In this document: piece by piece, positions 25,870-38,032 of the stretch
Layout: each line of letters begins with the position of its first letter
How positions within the stretch are numbered: the first letter of the stretch is position 1
From: Eledone cirrhosa
Taxonomy: Eukaryota
Length of the DNA stretch: 64,000 nucleotides
Assembly: GCA_964016885.1 (NCBI GenBank)
Contig: OZ024745.1
Coordinates: forward strand, 101,556,001-101,620,000
Direction of reading: 5' to 3'
The notes under the pieces: generated by a model
Seen by the model: only the letters and a program-made list of their open reading frames with translations
Database searches by the model: none
What the model was told of the DNA's origin: nothing
Program-made: the position numbers and the translations under genes

Positions 25870-27214
25870 CATCATCATATCCATCATCATCATCATCGTT
25901 TAACGTCTATCTTCCAAGCTAGCATGGGTAGAGACAGGAATTGTCCCACTTAGGCAAGATTGGTCAGGTGACCATATATAGGACTGCCTGGCGGGTTTTT
26001 TTATGGCGGGATGCCCTTCCTAGCCAACCACATTTACAGTGTGGACTGGGAGGTTTTTACCGAGTTACCTACATGGCCACATTACAGTGTGGACTGTGTG
26101 TTTTTTATCGTGACACCTACACAACCTCATTTATTTTGGACTGGATGTTGTGGTAGAAACATAACTTTACAGAGAAAGGGGTGGAGGTGGTGGAGTAGGG
26201 GTAGTGGGACGGGGGTGTATATTTGGTTAAGAGGTGCCTACTGACTGTAGGCTTCGCTTTGTACATAGGAAAGGCGGGTCTTCTGTATTACTGCGTAGCG
26301 CCAAAGATCTCGGTCCAGTGAAATTGTCTTAGAGAGATGTAAGTGTGTAAGGTTGGAATTTATCAAATTGTCCCAGGTTTTTCTGGGTCTACCTAATCCG
26401 TAACTTCCATCAATTTTGATCGCCCTGCACTTTTTAGTACAACTGTCCTCCTTCATGCGCATCACGTGACCATACCAACAGAGTCTTCTCTCGAGTAAAC
26501 AGCATCTGATCCCTCTTATTCCTAATTTCTTAGTTAGTTCATTTATGCTTTGCCGGTCACGTATATTACTATTACACATCCAACGGAGCATGCATGCTTC
26601 GTTCCTCTACAGTTTGCGCAGATCCTCTGCACACAAAGCCCATGTCTCACTGCCATTTAACATTGCTGTTCATATACAGGCATCATACAATCTGCTTTTC
26701 ATTTTTAGAGAGAAAGCTTTAGTGGCCAATAGTGGTATAAACTCTCTGAACTTTTTCCATCCTGTTCTGACTCTGGTTTCTGTACTTTCTGAGCACCCTC
26801 CATCACTGATGATTTTGTCACTCAGGTAACGGAAAGTGTCCACTATTTCTATAGAACCACCTAGACAATAGAAGGAGCTAGTATCCTTTGGGCACTTGCT
26901 ACTTATTGCACCTGAGCATCGGCCACATATAATATCTACGTTCTTAGATAGTTTACCTGTGATCCCACTACATCTTTTATGTACCTATACTTTGCATTTG
27001 GGACATAAAATGGAATTTCTGCCTACTGCTTTCCTACACACTGAGCATGGCCATTTCCCTGAGGGCACCTGCACCCTATTTTCCTTTTTACAAACTAGAA
27101 CTTTAATCTTAGACAAGTTAACTTTAAGGCCTTTTGATTCTAGGCCATGCTTCCATGTTTGGAATTTCTTCTCTAGTTCAGCCATCGATTCAGCTATGAG
27201 AGTTATATATATCT
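25870..27214 (-). mobile_element. 5'-truncated RTE LINE family A
   Basis: AELEKKFQTWKHGLESK through AVIQKTRLSYVQSEAYSQ*, with the same 3' UTR and (ATG)n tail as the 18919 copy. Confidence 0.95.
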
Positions 27215-27499
27215 ATCTAAAGTCTGTCTTAAGCCAGGTGGCTTGTTAGGCTGGTGCTTATCCCGGTTCCGTGGCAGGCAGCGACCAAGAATACATGACG
27301 TCCTCCTGGATAGGACGCCAGTCCCTCACAGGGTTAAGTCCCCAACTATTGCTGGTATGCATTTTCAGCTGAGTATACTGAAGCAATGTGAAATGAAGTG
27401 TTTTGCTCAAGAACACAACATGCAATCCAGCCAAGAATTCAAACCCACAACATTATGATCATAACTCCAACACCCTTACCACTAGGACATGTGCCTCCA
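27215..27499 (-). mobile_element. SINE family D
   Basis: Homology to the 10290 and 22795 copies. Confidence 0.85.
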
Positions 27500-27948
27500 C
27501 ACTTTATATATAACACTCAACCATATTAAAAATCATTCTGTATGTATCAACGATTCACCTTACATATAATACCCTACCATCTTGAAAAGAAAGGAATTGT
27601 AGCATGAGCGCAAGATAAAAAAATGCAATGGTTACTGCCTTTGATCATGGATTTGTTTTGTTCAGGCTGATTAATGGCTAAAAAACACCACTGCTTGTCA
27701 TTGTTGGAATGTCTTAGATCATATGTTTGTTCAATCAAGCCTAACCATAGCTATACAACAACAGCAAGAATAATATGAAAACAAAAATACAAACATACTA
27801 TCAATAAATAATCCCCCCCTCTTTCCCTTTCTCTCACACCCTCTTTCTTTTTTTTCTCTCTCCTTTGCTGCCTTGCTGTCTCTTATTGATTTTCTCCTAT
27901 TTGATTCAATAATATTTATTAATGGTATGTTCTTTATATTTTACAACA

Positions 27949-28744
27949 TTGACCTTTCTATAATATAGGGCTCCAAAAATTGTCCACTATGACCTTTCTA
28001 TAATATAGGGCTCCAAAAATTGTCCACTATGACCTTGCTATAATATAGGGCTCCAAAAATTGTCCACTATGACCTTGCTATAATATAAGGCTCCAAAAAT
28101 TGTCCACTATGACCTTGCTATAATATAAGGCTCCAAAAATTGTCCACTATGACCTTGCTATAATATAGGGCTCCAAAAATTGTCCACTATGACCTTGCTA
28201 TAATATAAGGCTCCAAAAATTGTCCACTATGACCTTGCTATAATATAAGGCTCCAAAAATTGTCCACTATGACCTTGCTATAATATAGGGCTCCAAAAAT
28301 TGTCCACTATGACCTTGCTATAATATAAGGCTCCAAAAATTGTCCACTATGACCTTGCTATAATATAGGGCTCCAAAAATTGTCCACTATGACCTTGCTA
28401 TAATATAAGGCTCCAAAAATTGTCCACTATGACCTTGCTATAATATAGGGCTCCAAAAATTGTCCACTATGACCTTGCTATAATATAAGGCTCCAAAAAT
28501 TGTCCACTATGACCTTGCTATAATATAGGGCTCCAAAAATTGTCCACTATGACCTTGCTATAATATAGGGCTCCAAAAACTGTCCACTATGACCTTGCTA
28601 TAATATAGGGCTCCAAAAACTGTCCACTATGACCTTGCTATAATATAGGGCTCCAAAAACTGTCCACTATGACCTTGCTATAATATAAGGCTCCAAAAAT
28701 GATTCACTATGACCTTGCTATAATATAGGTCTCCAAAAATTGTC
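27949..28744. repeat. 40-bp minisatellite, about 20 copies (TGTCCACTATGACCTTGCTATAATATARGGCTCCAAAAAT)
   Basis: Near-perfect tandem units with no spacers. Confidence 0.98.
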
Positions 28745-29965
28745 GATCTGTGACTCAGCAATATGTTATCAATTGAGTTATTGATCTCCAGTATATTTAA
28801 TTATATATGTTTCATGCTGAACCACAAAATGCTTGTAAACTGATCTGTTAACAGGTTGTGGGTTTTTATGAAATCATAGCTGTATTATATATATAATTCT
28901 GTCATCATCACCTCTGTTTTACATCTCTTCTCCATGTTGGCATGGGTTAGACTGTCATCATCTATTGTGATTTGACAGGTCAGATGCCCACATTTTACTT
29001 ATGCTCCATTCTGACGGAGTTTCTTCAGCTGGATACCAACCACTTTACAACATGTTCTACATGTTTTATTATGACACCAGTACTATCACTTTACAAAATG
29101 GACTGAGTGTTTTTTATTGTGACACCAACACTACCACTTTACAAGGTGGACTGAGTGCTTTTTATTGACATCAGCACTACCTCTTTACAAGGTGGACTAT
29201 GTGTTTTTATCATGACACCCACACTACCACTTTACAATGTGGACTGGGTGCTTTTTATCGTGACACTAGCTCTACCACATTTACACATGTGTCCTAAGCC
29301 AGGTTGGGAGTTGGATAACAAGTGATATGTAACTTACTAAGAAAGGTAGTGATCCTGCAATGGAAGCTGAAGTGAAGAGGGAGAGTAAACTTTGGGTCAT
29401 GGTAAATTTTAACTGCAAAAATACTATGGTAGTTTTTTGTGGAGATAAAAATATTTGTATAAACCTTTCAGATTAAACATAGTCAGAAATAAAAAAAAAA
29501 ATAACAAATGGATTCAAGTATAAAATTAAATAGACTGCTTATGATGCATCATGTAAACTGAAAGCAGTTGAAAATGCAGAATCAGATAACAGCAGTGCAG
29601 CAGTTAGATAATTTGGTGTTGCTGAATGCAAAATGACGCTTTTTTCTCTCCCTTTTTTTCTTTCCAAAAGACAGTATTGTTGGAATAAATAAAATTTTTA
29701 TTTTTTTTTTATTTTCATAATATATAGAAAAATAATAGCTAAATATAATGTGTGAGATTGCTACTTTTATAGATAACATGGTACATGTTTACAAAACATG
29801 GCGATACTCCAGGGTCCTATCATTATACTTAAGTTGTATTATACACTTAGAAATACAGTAGTTATTTTACTATCCCTCCAAATTTCTGATTATTTTCATA
29901 ATCATATGCAGTATCTTTCATTAGAAATGTGATAAAAAAAAAAAAAGGGTTAATATATATATATA

Positions 29966-30396
29966 GAGGCATGGCCTAGAATCAAAAGACCTTAAAGTTA
30001 ACTTGCCTAAGACTAAAGTTCTAGTATGTAGAAAGGAAAATAGGGTACAGGTACCCTCTGGCAAATGGCCATGCTCAGTGTGTAGGAAAGGAGTAAGCAG
30101 AAATTCCATATTATGTCCCAAATGCAAACTATGAGTACATAAAAGATGTAGTGGGATCACAGGTAAACTATCTAAGAATGTAGATTTTATATGTGGCCGA
30201 TGCTCAGGTGCAATAAGAAGCAAGTGCCCACAGGATACTAGCTCCTTCTATTGCCCAGATGGTTCTATAGAAATAGTGGACACCTTCCGTTACTTGGGTG
30301 ACAAAATCAGCAGTGGCGGAGGGTGCTCTGAAAGTACAGTAGCCAGAGTCAGAACGGGATGGAAAAAGTTCAGAGAGCTTATACCGCTGTTGGCAC
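29966..30396 (+). mobile_element. Internal RT fragment of RTE family A
   Basis: HGLESKDLKVNLPKTKVL...KWPCSVC...FRYLGDKISSGGGCSES..RELIPLLA. Confidence 0.9.
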
Positions 30397-30402
30397 CAGG
30401 GG

Positions 30403-31978
30403 ATGGTTACACGCATCATCAATCAGGCTATATATGGTGGTGTCATACCCAAAGACTGGTGCAGCAGTATTCTCATAAATTGCTACAAAGGTAAAGAGGA
30501 TGCTCTGGAGAGGAGCAATTATAGGGGTATAAAACTGATGGATCAGGTTATGAAAGTGGCAGAAAGGAGATTAGCACAACTAATTAGAGAAAGGGTCAAA
30601 CTAGATGAGATGCAGTTTGGTTTTGTGCCTGGGAAGAGTACAACAGATGCCCTCTTCTTAGTGAGACAATTACAAGAGAGGTTCTTAGAGAAAAATAAGC
30701 CACTATACTTAGCCTTTGTTGACCTAGAAAAGGCCTTTGATAGGATACCCCGATCTGTCATCTGGTGGTCCCTAAGGAAACTATGTGTTGAGGAATGGCT
30801 TGTGAGGACAGTGCAAACTTTGTACAGAGGTACTCTCAGTAAAGTCAGGGTAGGAATGGAGTTTAGTGAGGAATTCCAGATACAAGTAGGAGTACATCAA
30901 GGTTCGGGCCTCAGCCCGCTCTTGTTCATTATAGTCCTCAAAGCCATAACAGAGGAGTTTAAGACTGGCTGTCCATGGGAACTTCTCTATGCTGACGATC
31001 TGGTTCTTATAGCAGAATCAGTAGAGGAACTAGAGAATAAATTCTGGCTATGGAAACAGCAGTTGGAAGCAAGAGGACTGAGAGTGAACCTAGCTAAGAC
31101 AAAAGTGTTGATGAGTAGAAAAGAGGACAAAACTCTGATTCCATCAGGGAAATGGCCATGTTCGATATGCAGAAAAGGAACTGGCATAAATTCTATAAAA
31201 TGTACAAAATGCAGATCCTGGGTACACAAGAGATGTAGCGGAATAGCAGGCAAACTAACAGGTAGGGAGAAATATGTATGCAGTAGATGTACATGGAAAT
31301 TTGACAGAAGTCGCATTGATAGACACATTTTTCAAATGCAGGCAGGTGCTATAGAAGTGGTGGATAGCTTCCGGTACCTAGGAGATCAGATTAGCATGGG
31401 AGGGGGGATGTTCCAAGGCCATAGTATCTAGAATAAGGATGAGTTGGAAGAAGTTTAGAGAGCTGCTTCCTCTGCTGACGAAGAAGGGTTTCTCTCTGCG
31501 TACGAAAGGCCGGTTATATGATGCCTGTGTGAGGAGCGCGATGCTGCATGGTAGTGAGACATGGGCAGCAACTGCAGAGGATATGCGACGGCTGGAGAGA
31601 AATGAGGAAAGCATACTCCGTTGGATGTGCAGTGTCAATGTGCGTGAATGACCCAGCATGAATGTGCTGAGAGAGAAACTGTCTGAGAGGGATAGAATGT
31701 AGTGTACGGGAGAGGAGACTGAGGTGGTATGGACATGTGATGCGCATGGAGGATGACCGATGGGTGAAGAAGTGCCAGGAAATGCCAGTTGAAGGAAGAC
31801 GTGGTAGGGGTAGACCATGACAAACATGGGCGGAGGTGGTGAGAACAGACCTTAGACCGCTGAAGCTCACGGTGGAGATGACGAAGGACCGTGACAAGTG
31901 TAGAGATGCTGTGCTGAATAAGACCCGTCCCACCCTTGCAAGCAGGGAAGAGCGGACGTAAAATGATGATGATGATGA
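30403..31978 (+). mobile_element. 5'-truncated RTE LINE family B with intact 3' end
   Basis: 342-aa RT ORF (FVDLEKAFD, QGSGLSP, YADDL, FRYLG). The C-terminus AVLNKTRPTLASREERT* runs directly into (ATG)n. Confidence 0.95.
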
Positions 31979-32254
31979 CAGCAGGCTTCTGTACAGTTTC
32001 CATCTACCAAATTTTATTCAGATGGTATTGGTCACCTTGAAACTATAGTAGAAGATACTTGCTCAAGAAGCAACACAATGGGACTGAAATAAACTTCTTA
32101 GCCTCACAACTAGAAATCCAGAAATAACAAGGGAGATAATTTTAATATGACCAGTTGGTCAAAGTATTTAGACAACATAGTCAATGCAGACTAACGTAGA
32201 TTTAATATTTAAAACGAACTGGTTAAAGCAACATACATGTTTTCATCTTATTAG

Positions 32255-32389
32255 ACCTCCTCAGCAAAGTATATTCTACTGTTGGCAAAAATGAGCAGTT
32301 TTGCATCATGGAAGCAGAGGTGGTCTCAGACAGGCTGCTATTAAAATGGTTAAGTCAGTGGTATTACAAAATTAGTAATAGAGCAATGG
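32255..32389 (+). CDS. Probable host-gene exon (LLSKVYSTVGKNEQFCIMEAEVVSDRLLLKWLSQWYYKISNRAM), product unknown
   Basis: GTTTTCATCTTATTAG acceptor, 135 nt phase 1-1 open frame, G|GTAAAC donor. Phase-compatible with exon 38614. Confidence 0.55.
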
Positions 32390-32549
32390 GTAAACTTATT
32401 TTCAGTATTTAGTTATGCCTTCCTATTTCTTAATGAATCGTATTTTGCTTTCATGTATTCTGGGACAAGGAAGAGAAGTACCAGTAATACACTGTTGTAA
32501 ATTTACTCTGTTATGCCTGTTCTATACAACTCTATGACTTTATGTTAAT

Positions 32550-32776
32550 TTAACCCTTTAGCATTTAAACCAGCTGAATTCGGTCAGAACTCTTTCACCT
32601 CTTTCTGTTCAAACCAGCTGTAACTGACCACTCACACTGATGTTAAGGTATTTTTCTCAAAATAAATAATATCAAAATCTCATAGTTTCGATATTATGAG
32701 ATAATTATGTGAGATAAAGCCTTTACTGTGAAAATACAATAATATATATAGGGTAATGTAAATGCTAAAGGGTTAA
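32550..32776 (+). mobile_element. MITE family 1
   Basis: TTAA-CCCTTTAGCATTTA ... TAAATGCTAAAGGG-TTAA. Confidence 0.9.
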
Positions 32777-33185
32777 GGTAGCAATATCTAACACTATTGT
32801 CCACATATCATCATCATCACCATTTGTCTGTTTTCTATGGTTGTATGATAGGATTATAGGACTTGGCCCCCTGTCATTAAAACACCTCGGTTAAACATAG
32901 CAGCTGTGAGCCATAACAGCAACATATATGTAATGGGGTATTCTAAGTTGAAATGTTGCTGTGCTCAACTTTACCTTTCATCTTTTTGGGGTGGATAAAT
33001 AAAGTACTAATTAAGTACTGGGATTGATTGTCTTTCTTTCTGTTTTTCTCTTACTCTATCTTTCTCTCATTCTCTGCTACCCTCTCTATTTTCTTACTAC
33101 TACTCTCTCTCTCCATCTTTCTCTCTTCTCTCTCACCATTTCTCTCAAACCATGACCATCCCATCTTTATTTCAGCAATAGTATA

Positions 33186-35028
33186 TCATCATCATCATCA
33201 TCATCGTTTAACGTCCGTGTTCCACGCTTGCATGGGTTTGGACGGGGGTTTTCCCACTTGAGGCAAGAGTGATTGTCTTGCTCGCATAGGACTGTCTGGC
33301 AGGTTTTCTACAGTTGGATGCCCTTCCTAACACCAACCACATTTACAGTGTGGGTCTGGGAGGTTTTTACCGTGTTGCCTACACGGCCACATCACAGCGT
33401 GGACTGTGTTTTTTTGTCGTGACACCTACACGATCTCATTTGTTTCGGCCTGGATGGTGTGGCACCAACATAACTTTACATAGAGGGGGCGGTGTGGATG
33501 GGGTGGTGGGACGGGGGTGTATTTTGTTAGAGATGCCTACTGACTGTAGTAGGTTTTACTTTGTATTTAGGTAAGGCGGGTCTTCTCTATTACTGAGTAC
33601 CGCCAAAGGTCTCGGTCCAGTGACATTGTCTTGGTGAGGTGTAACTGTGTGAGGTCGGAGTTTATCAGCTCGTCCCAGGTTTTTCTGGGTCTGCCTATTC
33701 CGTGGCTACTGTCTATCTTTATTGCCCTGCACTTTGTTATACAGCTATCGTCCTTCATGCGCATCACGTGACCATACCAACGTAGCCTTCTCTCTAGTAA
33801 ACATCTGATCCCTCTTATTTCTAATTTTTTCCTTAGTTCGTTTATGCTTTGTCGTTCACGTATATTACTATTACACATCCAGCGGAGCATGCAAGCTTCG
33901 TTTCTCTCTAGTCTGCGTATATCCTCTGCACACAATGCCCAGGTCTCACTGCCATGCAACATTGCTGTTCATATGCAGGCATCGTACAACCTGCCTTTCA
34001 TTTTTAGGGAAAACCCTTTAGCGGCTAATAGTGGTATAAGCTCTCTGAACTTTTTCCACCCAGTTCTGACTCTAGCTACTGTACTTTCAGAGCACCCTCC
34101 CCCACTGCTGATTTTGTCACCCAGGTAACGGAAGCTGTCCACTATTTCTATAGAACTCTCTGCGCAGTTGAAAGAGCTAGTATTTTGTGGGCACTTGCTG
34201 CTACTTATTGCCCCAGAACACCGGCCACATGTAAAATCTATGTTCTTAGTTAGCTTACCTGTGATCCCACTACATCTTTTATGAACCCAAACTTTGCATT
34301 TGGGACACAAAATGGAATTTCTACCTACGCCTTTCCTACACTCTGCGCATGGCCACTTCCCGGAGGGGACCGCCGCCTTATTTTCTTTCTTACAAACTAG
34401 AACTTTAGTCTTAGCCAGGTTAATTTTAAGGCCTTTTGATTCTAGCCCGTGCTTCCAAGTTTGGAATTTCTTCTCTAGCTCGGCCATTGATTCAGCTATG
34501 AGCGTTAGATCATCTGCGTATAGGAGTTCCCATGGGCAGCCGGTCTTGAACTCCACTGTTATAGCCTGGAGGGCAATAATAAATAGTAGGGGGCTAAGAA
34601 CAGAGCCCTGATGAACACCAACTTTTACACTAAACTCTTCACTATATTCGTTGTTAATTCTAACCTTGCTGACTGTTTCTTTATACATGGCTTGTATAGC
34701 TCTCACAAGCCATTCATCGACACCTAGTTTTCTAAGAGCCCACCAGATAATGGAACGGGGGACTCTGTCGAAGGCCTTCTCCAAGTCGACGAAAGCTAAG
34801 TATAGGGGTTTACTTTTAGCTAGGTACTTCTCCTGTAGTTGTCGTACAATGAAAAGAGCGTCTGTGGTACTTTTTCCTGACACAAACCCGAACTGCATTT
34901 CATCTAGATCAATTCGCTCTCTGATTAGTTGCGCTATTACTTTTTCCGTGACCTTCATGACCTGGTCGATTAATTTAATGCCTCTATAGTTACTCCTATC
35001 TAGGGCATCTCCTTTACCCTTATAACAG
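33186..35028 (-). mobile_element. 5'-truncated RTE LINE family A, best-preserved RT
   Basis: 329-aa and 131-aa ORFs separated by one TGA, followed by the 3' UTR and (ATG)n tail. Confidence 0.96.
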
Positions 35029-35158
35029 TATACTCCACGCTAAATCATACAATGTGTCCATTTTGATAATTTCTCAGAAAGATTTGGTTATCATTTCTAA
35101 CTGGTTATATGACTACATAAAGGCTCCTTTATTAGTACGTGTTCCAAGATGCAATATA

Positions 35159-35236
35159 CAGGGTGTTCCCCAAAATGTATACACACTTTGATTAGAATGC
35201 TGTTCAATTGTGTATATATTTTTTAGGGACACCCTA
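35159..35236. mobile_element. Tiny Tc1/mariner-type MITE
   Basis: TA|CAGGGTGTTCCCCAAAATGTATACAC ... GTGTATATATTTTTTAGGGACACCCTA|TA inverted repeats. Confidence 0.7.
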
Positions 35237-36203
35237 TATATATCAGGATTGTCTTTTGACCATTGGTCACCTTCCAAATGGCTCAGTATAATGTGATTCA
35301 GGAACTAAAATATTGTTTTACAGATAAATGTTCTTTGTCTGTTTTCAGGTCAGTAGAGCATAAATATTTTAGAGGTCTACCTAGAACTCAATGGTTTCGA
35401 TTATGAGATCTAAATTATTCAATTACTAATAGTAAATTAGGCTATTGACACTTTTCTGATGAGGAAATAAAGAAAGTCGATTGTTAATGGATTTTTACCC
35501 GGTTTTGACTGAGATAGAGTTTTTATCCATAACTGTAATGTCGTTTCTTCAGGCATAGTGTAGCTAAGACTACACTATCTAATATGTAATATGTGTGTGT
35601 GTGTATATATATATATACACACACACATGCATACACCCTGCACCCCCCCCCCCCATATATATATACACACACATATATATTTGCCGTTAAGTCAATCCTC
35701 ATTGAGCAGACATATGATTAAAAGTATTCCAGCCATGAACATGTTATAATTTTCAGAAATAGTGCATCTCAATCAAGATTCTTCAATGTATAGTTTTTAA
35801 TACTAATTCAGTCCTATGTGAGCAGACTTATGATCAACGGTGTTCCTGTACTGAACATCATGTCTTAGATAGTCTAAGATGCCTTTCTTTTTTGTAAGAT
35901 AGACGGGTGGGATTTGAGGGATATTTGACTCCTGTTTCTAACAGGTCAAGTGGCTGTGTTGAGGTGCTTTTCTTAGCTCATTGGGAAACTTAGTTGCTGT
36001 TTAACCCCAGCTCAGCTATGATTGAACAGACTTATTACAAACGTCATTCCAGCTGTGATCAAACCTTTTCAAGATGATAGGTTGGGATTTGGTGTTTATT
36101 TCTAGCTGGTTTAAGGACCACATAGAAGGCCCTACTGTTAAGGCACTAACACAATTCAATTAACTTAGTACATCTATACATTATACACCTGTTTTATTGA
36201 TTA

Positions 36204-37077
36204 CTAGGTGAGGTACCCAGCGTTGCTAGGGTTTAAGTAATACAGTTGTTTGTGCAGAAATAACACTTGATGAAGCTCTTGGCTGAAGTAAGTCTTATAG
36301 GAAAACACGGTCATCGTTGGGGATGTCCACACCACGGCTAACTGGTTAATGCGACCCACAGAGGCCTTCTATCCGTCCCATAAGATGTTCCATTCGGTTA
36401 AATATATGCTTGTTAGCAGCAAAGATGACACAGCCTAGGGTGGGTAGGTAATTTTTAAAATATACTTACGGCCTGTGAGTCAACTGTGGCCCGTTGAAGA
36501 TTTCTATTTGATTCACAAAGGGTCCACCCGGTATACCTTTTTGGAAAATACCCCCACATTACCCAACCAGAGCGCATAAATCCCATTTGTCTGGCTAAAA
36601 CTTGGGCCGTGGAGGGCAAATTCAATTGTTATCCATCCCATTGTTGTACAGCCCTGCGTCCTGCTGGAGAAAACCATCCACTGCACATAAGTGGTGTATC
36701 TATGATGTTTGAAAAAAGCATTTGTGACATTCGATATTTGCGGTGTTTTTGCTTTATTAAGGTGCCCTGGGGAAACTTTTATCACCTTATTGATACATAA
36801 ATAATGCACCTGTACAGTTTAAAACAAATTGGTTGCTCATATCAGAAGAAACAAACCAAATGAAAAATAGGTTTGTGTGGCCTTTTGCTTTCTGCGAGTT
36901 TCTGGGATAATGTTTTCTTAGCCAAAAGCCATCCTTAGCACATAATTTATCTGTTTCAATATTGAAGGAAATCGGTTGAGAACTTTAAAAGTTATGGCAG
37001 AAAATAACATTCATATGAGCATGTGCATGCAAATGTCCTATTGATTTATAAAAAATCGATGCAGACTGGAAATCATC

Positions 37078-37123
<46 letters not shown>

Positions 37124-37278
37124 TTCAAATTATGTAAGAAATCAAATAGGCATGAGAGGCACACGCGTATCAAGTTTCATCAAGATCAGTTTGGTAGTTT
37201 TTGAGTTTTAGGTTCACAAACAAATTCACAAACAAACACACACACAAACAGACAGAAATTGTCATTTATGTATATAGA
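36204..37278 (-). mobile_element. Non-autonomous Helitron with unexplained internal sequence
   Basis: Minus strand: A|TCTATATACATAAA 5' end with a GTCT/GTTT tract. 3' hairpin CCCTAGCAACGCTGGG then CTAG|T. Confidence 0.85.
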
Positions 37279-37798
37279 TATAAAACTAAAATGTAAACTC
37301 AATCACAGTAAGATTTTAAGTTCAGAAATAAGATAGTGTTCTCTTTGGGACATCTAGTTCTACAGAGTGAATTATTGTTATAATTTGTATTGGATTACTT
37401 ACTCAGAGGTTTTGTGTTCAAATCTGCCACAAACATTTTATTGTGCATTTGGTTAATACACTTCGTTTAGCATTTCACAGCTTACTTGTTGGGAATAGGT
37501 TAAATATTCTGACATTGCCACCCACAATAAACTAGCATACTATTTAGGGAGATATTCATTTCTTTTGATACAAACCTTTCAGAAACCATCTCAGTCTTTC
37601 TAACACAAAACCTCTAATCATCAAAACTTAATATTTAAATTAAAAGCCGTTAAAACTTTCCATCATAATTATGTCTAGGAGCAGCCTGGATTAATGCTAC
37701 GACTTGGCTGTTGGGTGTCTATAGGAAAGTTGTCTCGGTTGAATGCCTCAGGCCACATCTTTAATTTAAATATACCTTTCTCCACCCCTCTCACCAGC

Positions 37799-38032
37799 TT
37801 AACCCTTTAGTATTTAAACTGGCTGTATCTGGCCAGAATTCTCTCACCTCTTTCTGTTCAAACCGGCTGTAACCGGCTGCTCATCCAACATTAAGGTAGT
37901 GTTCTCCAAACAAATGATATCAAAATCTTATAGATTCAGTATTATGTGAGATAATTGTGAGGTAAAGCTTTTACCATGAAAATACAATAATACAATAGTA
38001 AATATAGACTAATGTGGATGCTAAAGGGTTAA
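37799..38032 (+). mobile_element. MITE family 1, nested in a family-2 MITE (about 37560-38146)
   Basis: TTAA/CCCTTTAG termini, with family-2 motifs on both sides. Confidence 0.85.

Noticed and set aside
27949-28744. Regular 40-bp (also 41- and 56-bp) repeats as CRISPR arrays
   Set aside because: Units are head-to-tail with no unique spacers, there are no cas genes, and the context is eukaryotic.
29534-29611. Coding-like stretch TAYDASCKLKAVENAESDNSSAAVR*
   Set aside because: No polypyrimidine acceptor; too short to support.
35450-35490. CTGATGA...GAAA spacing
   Set aside because: No pairing for stems I or II.
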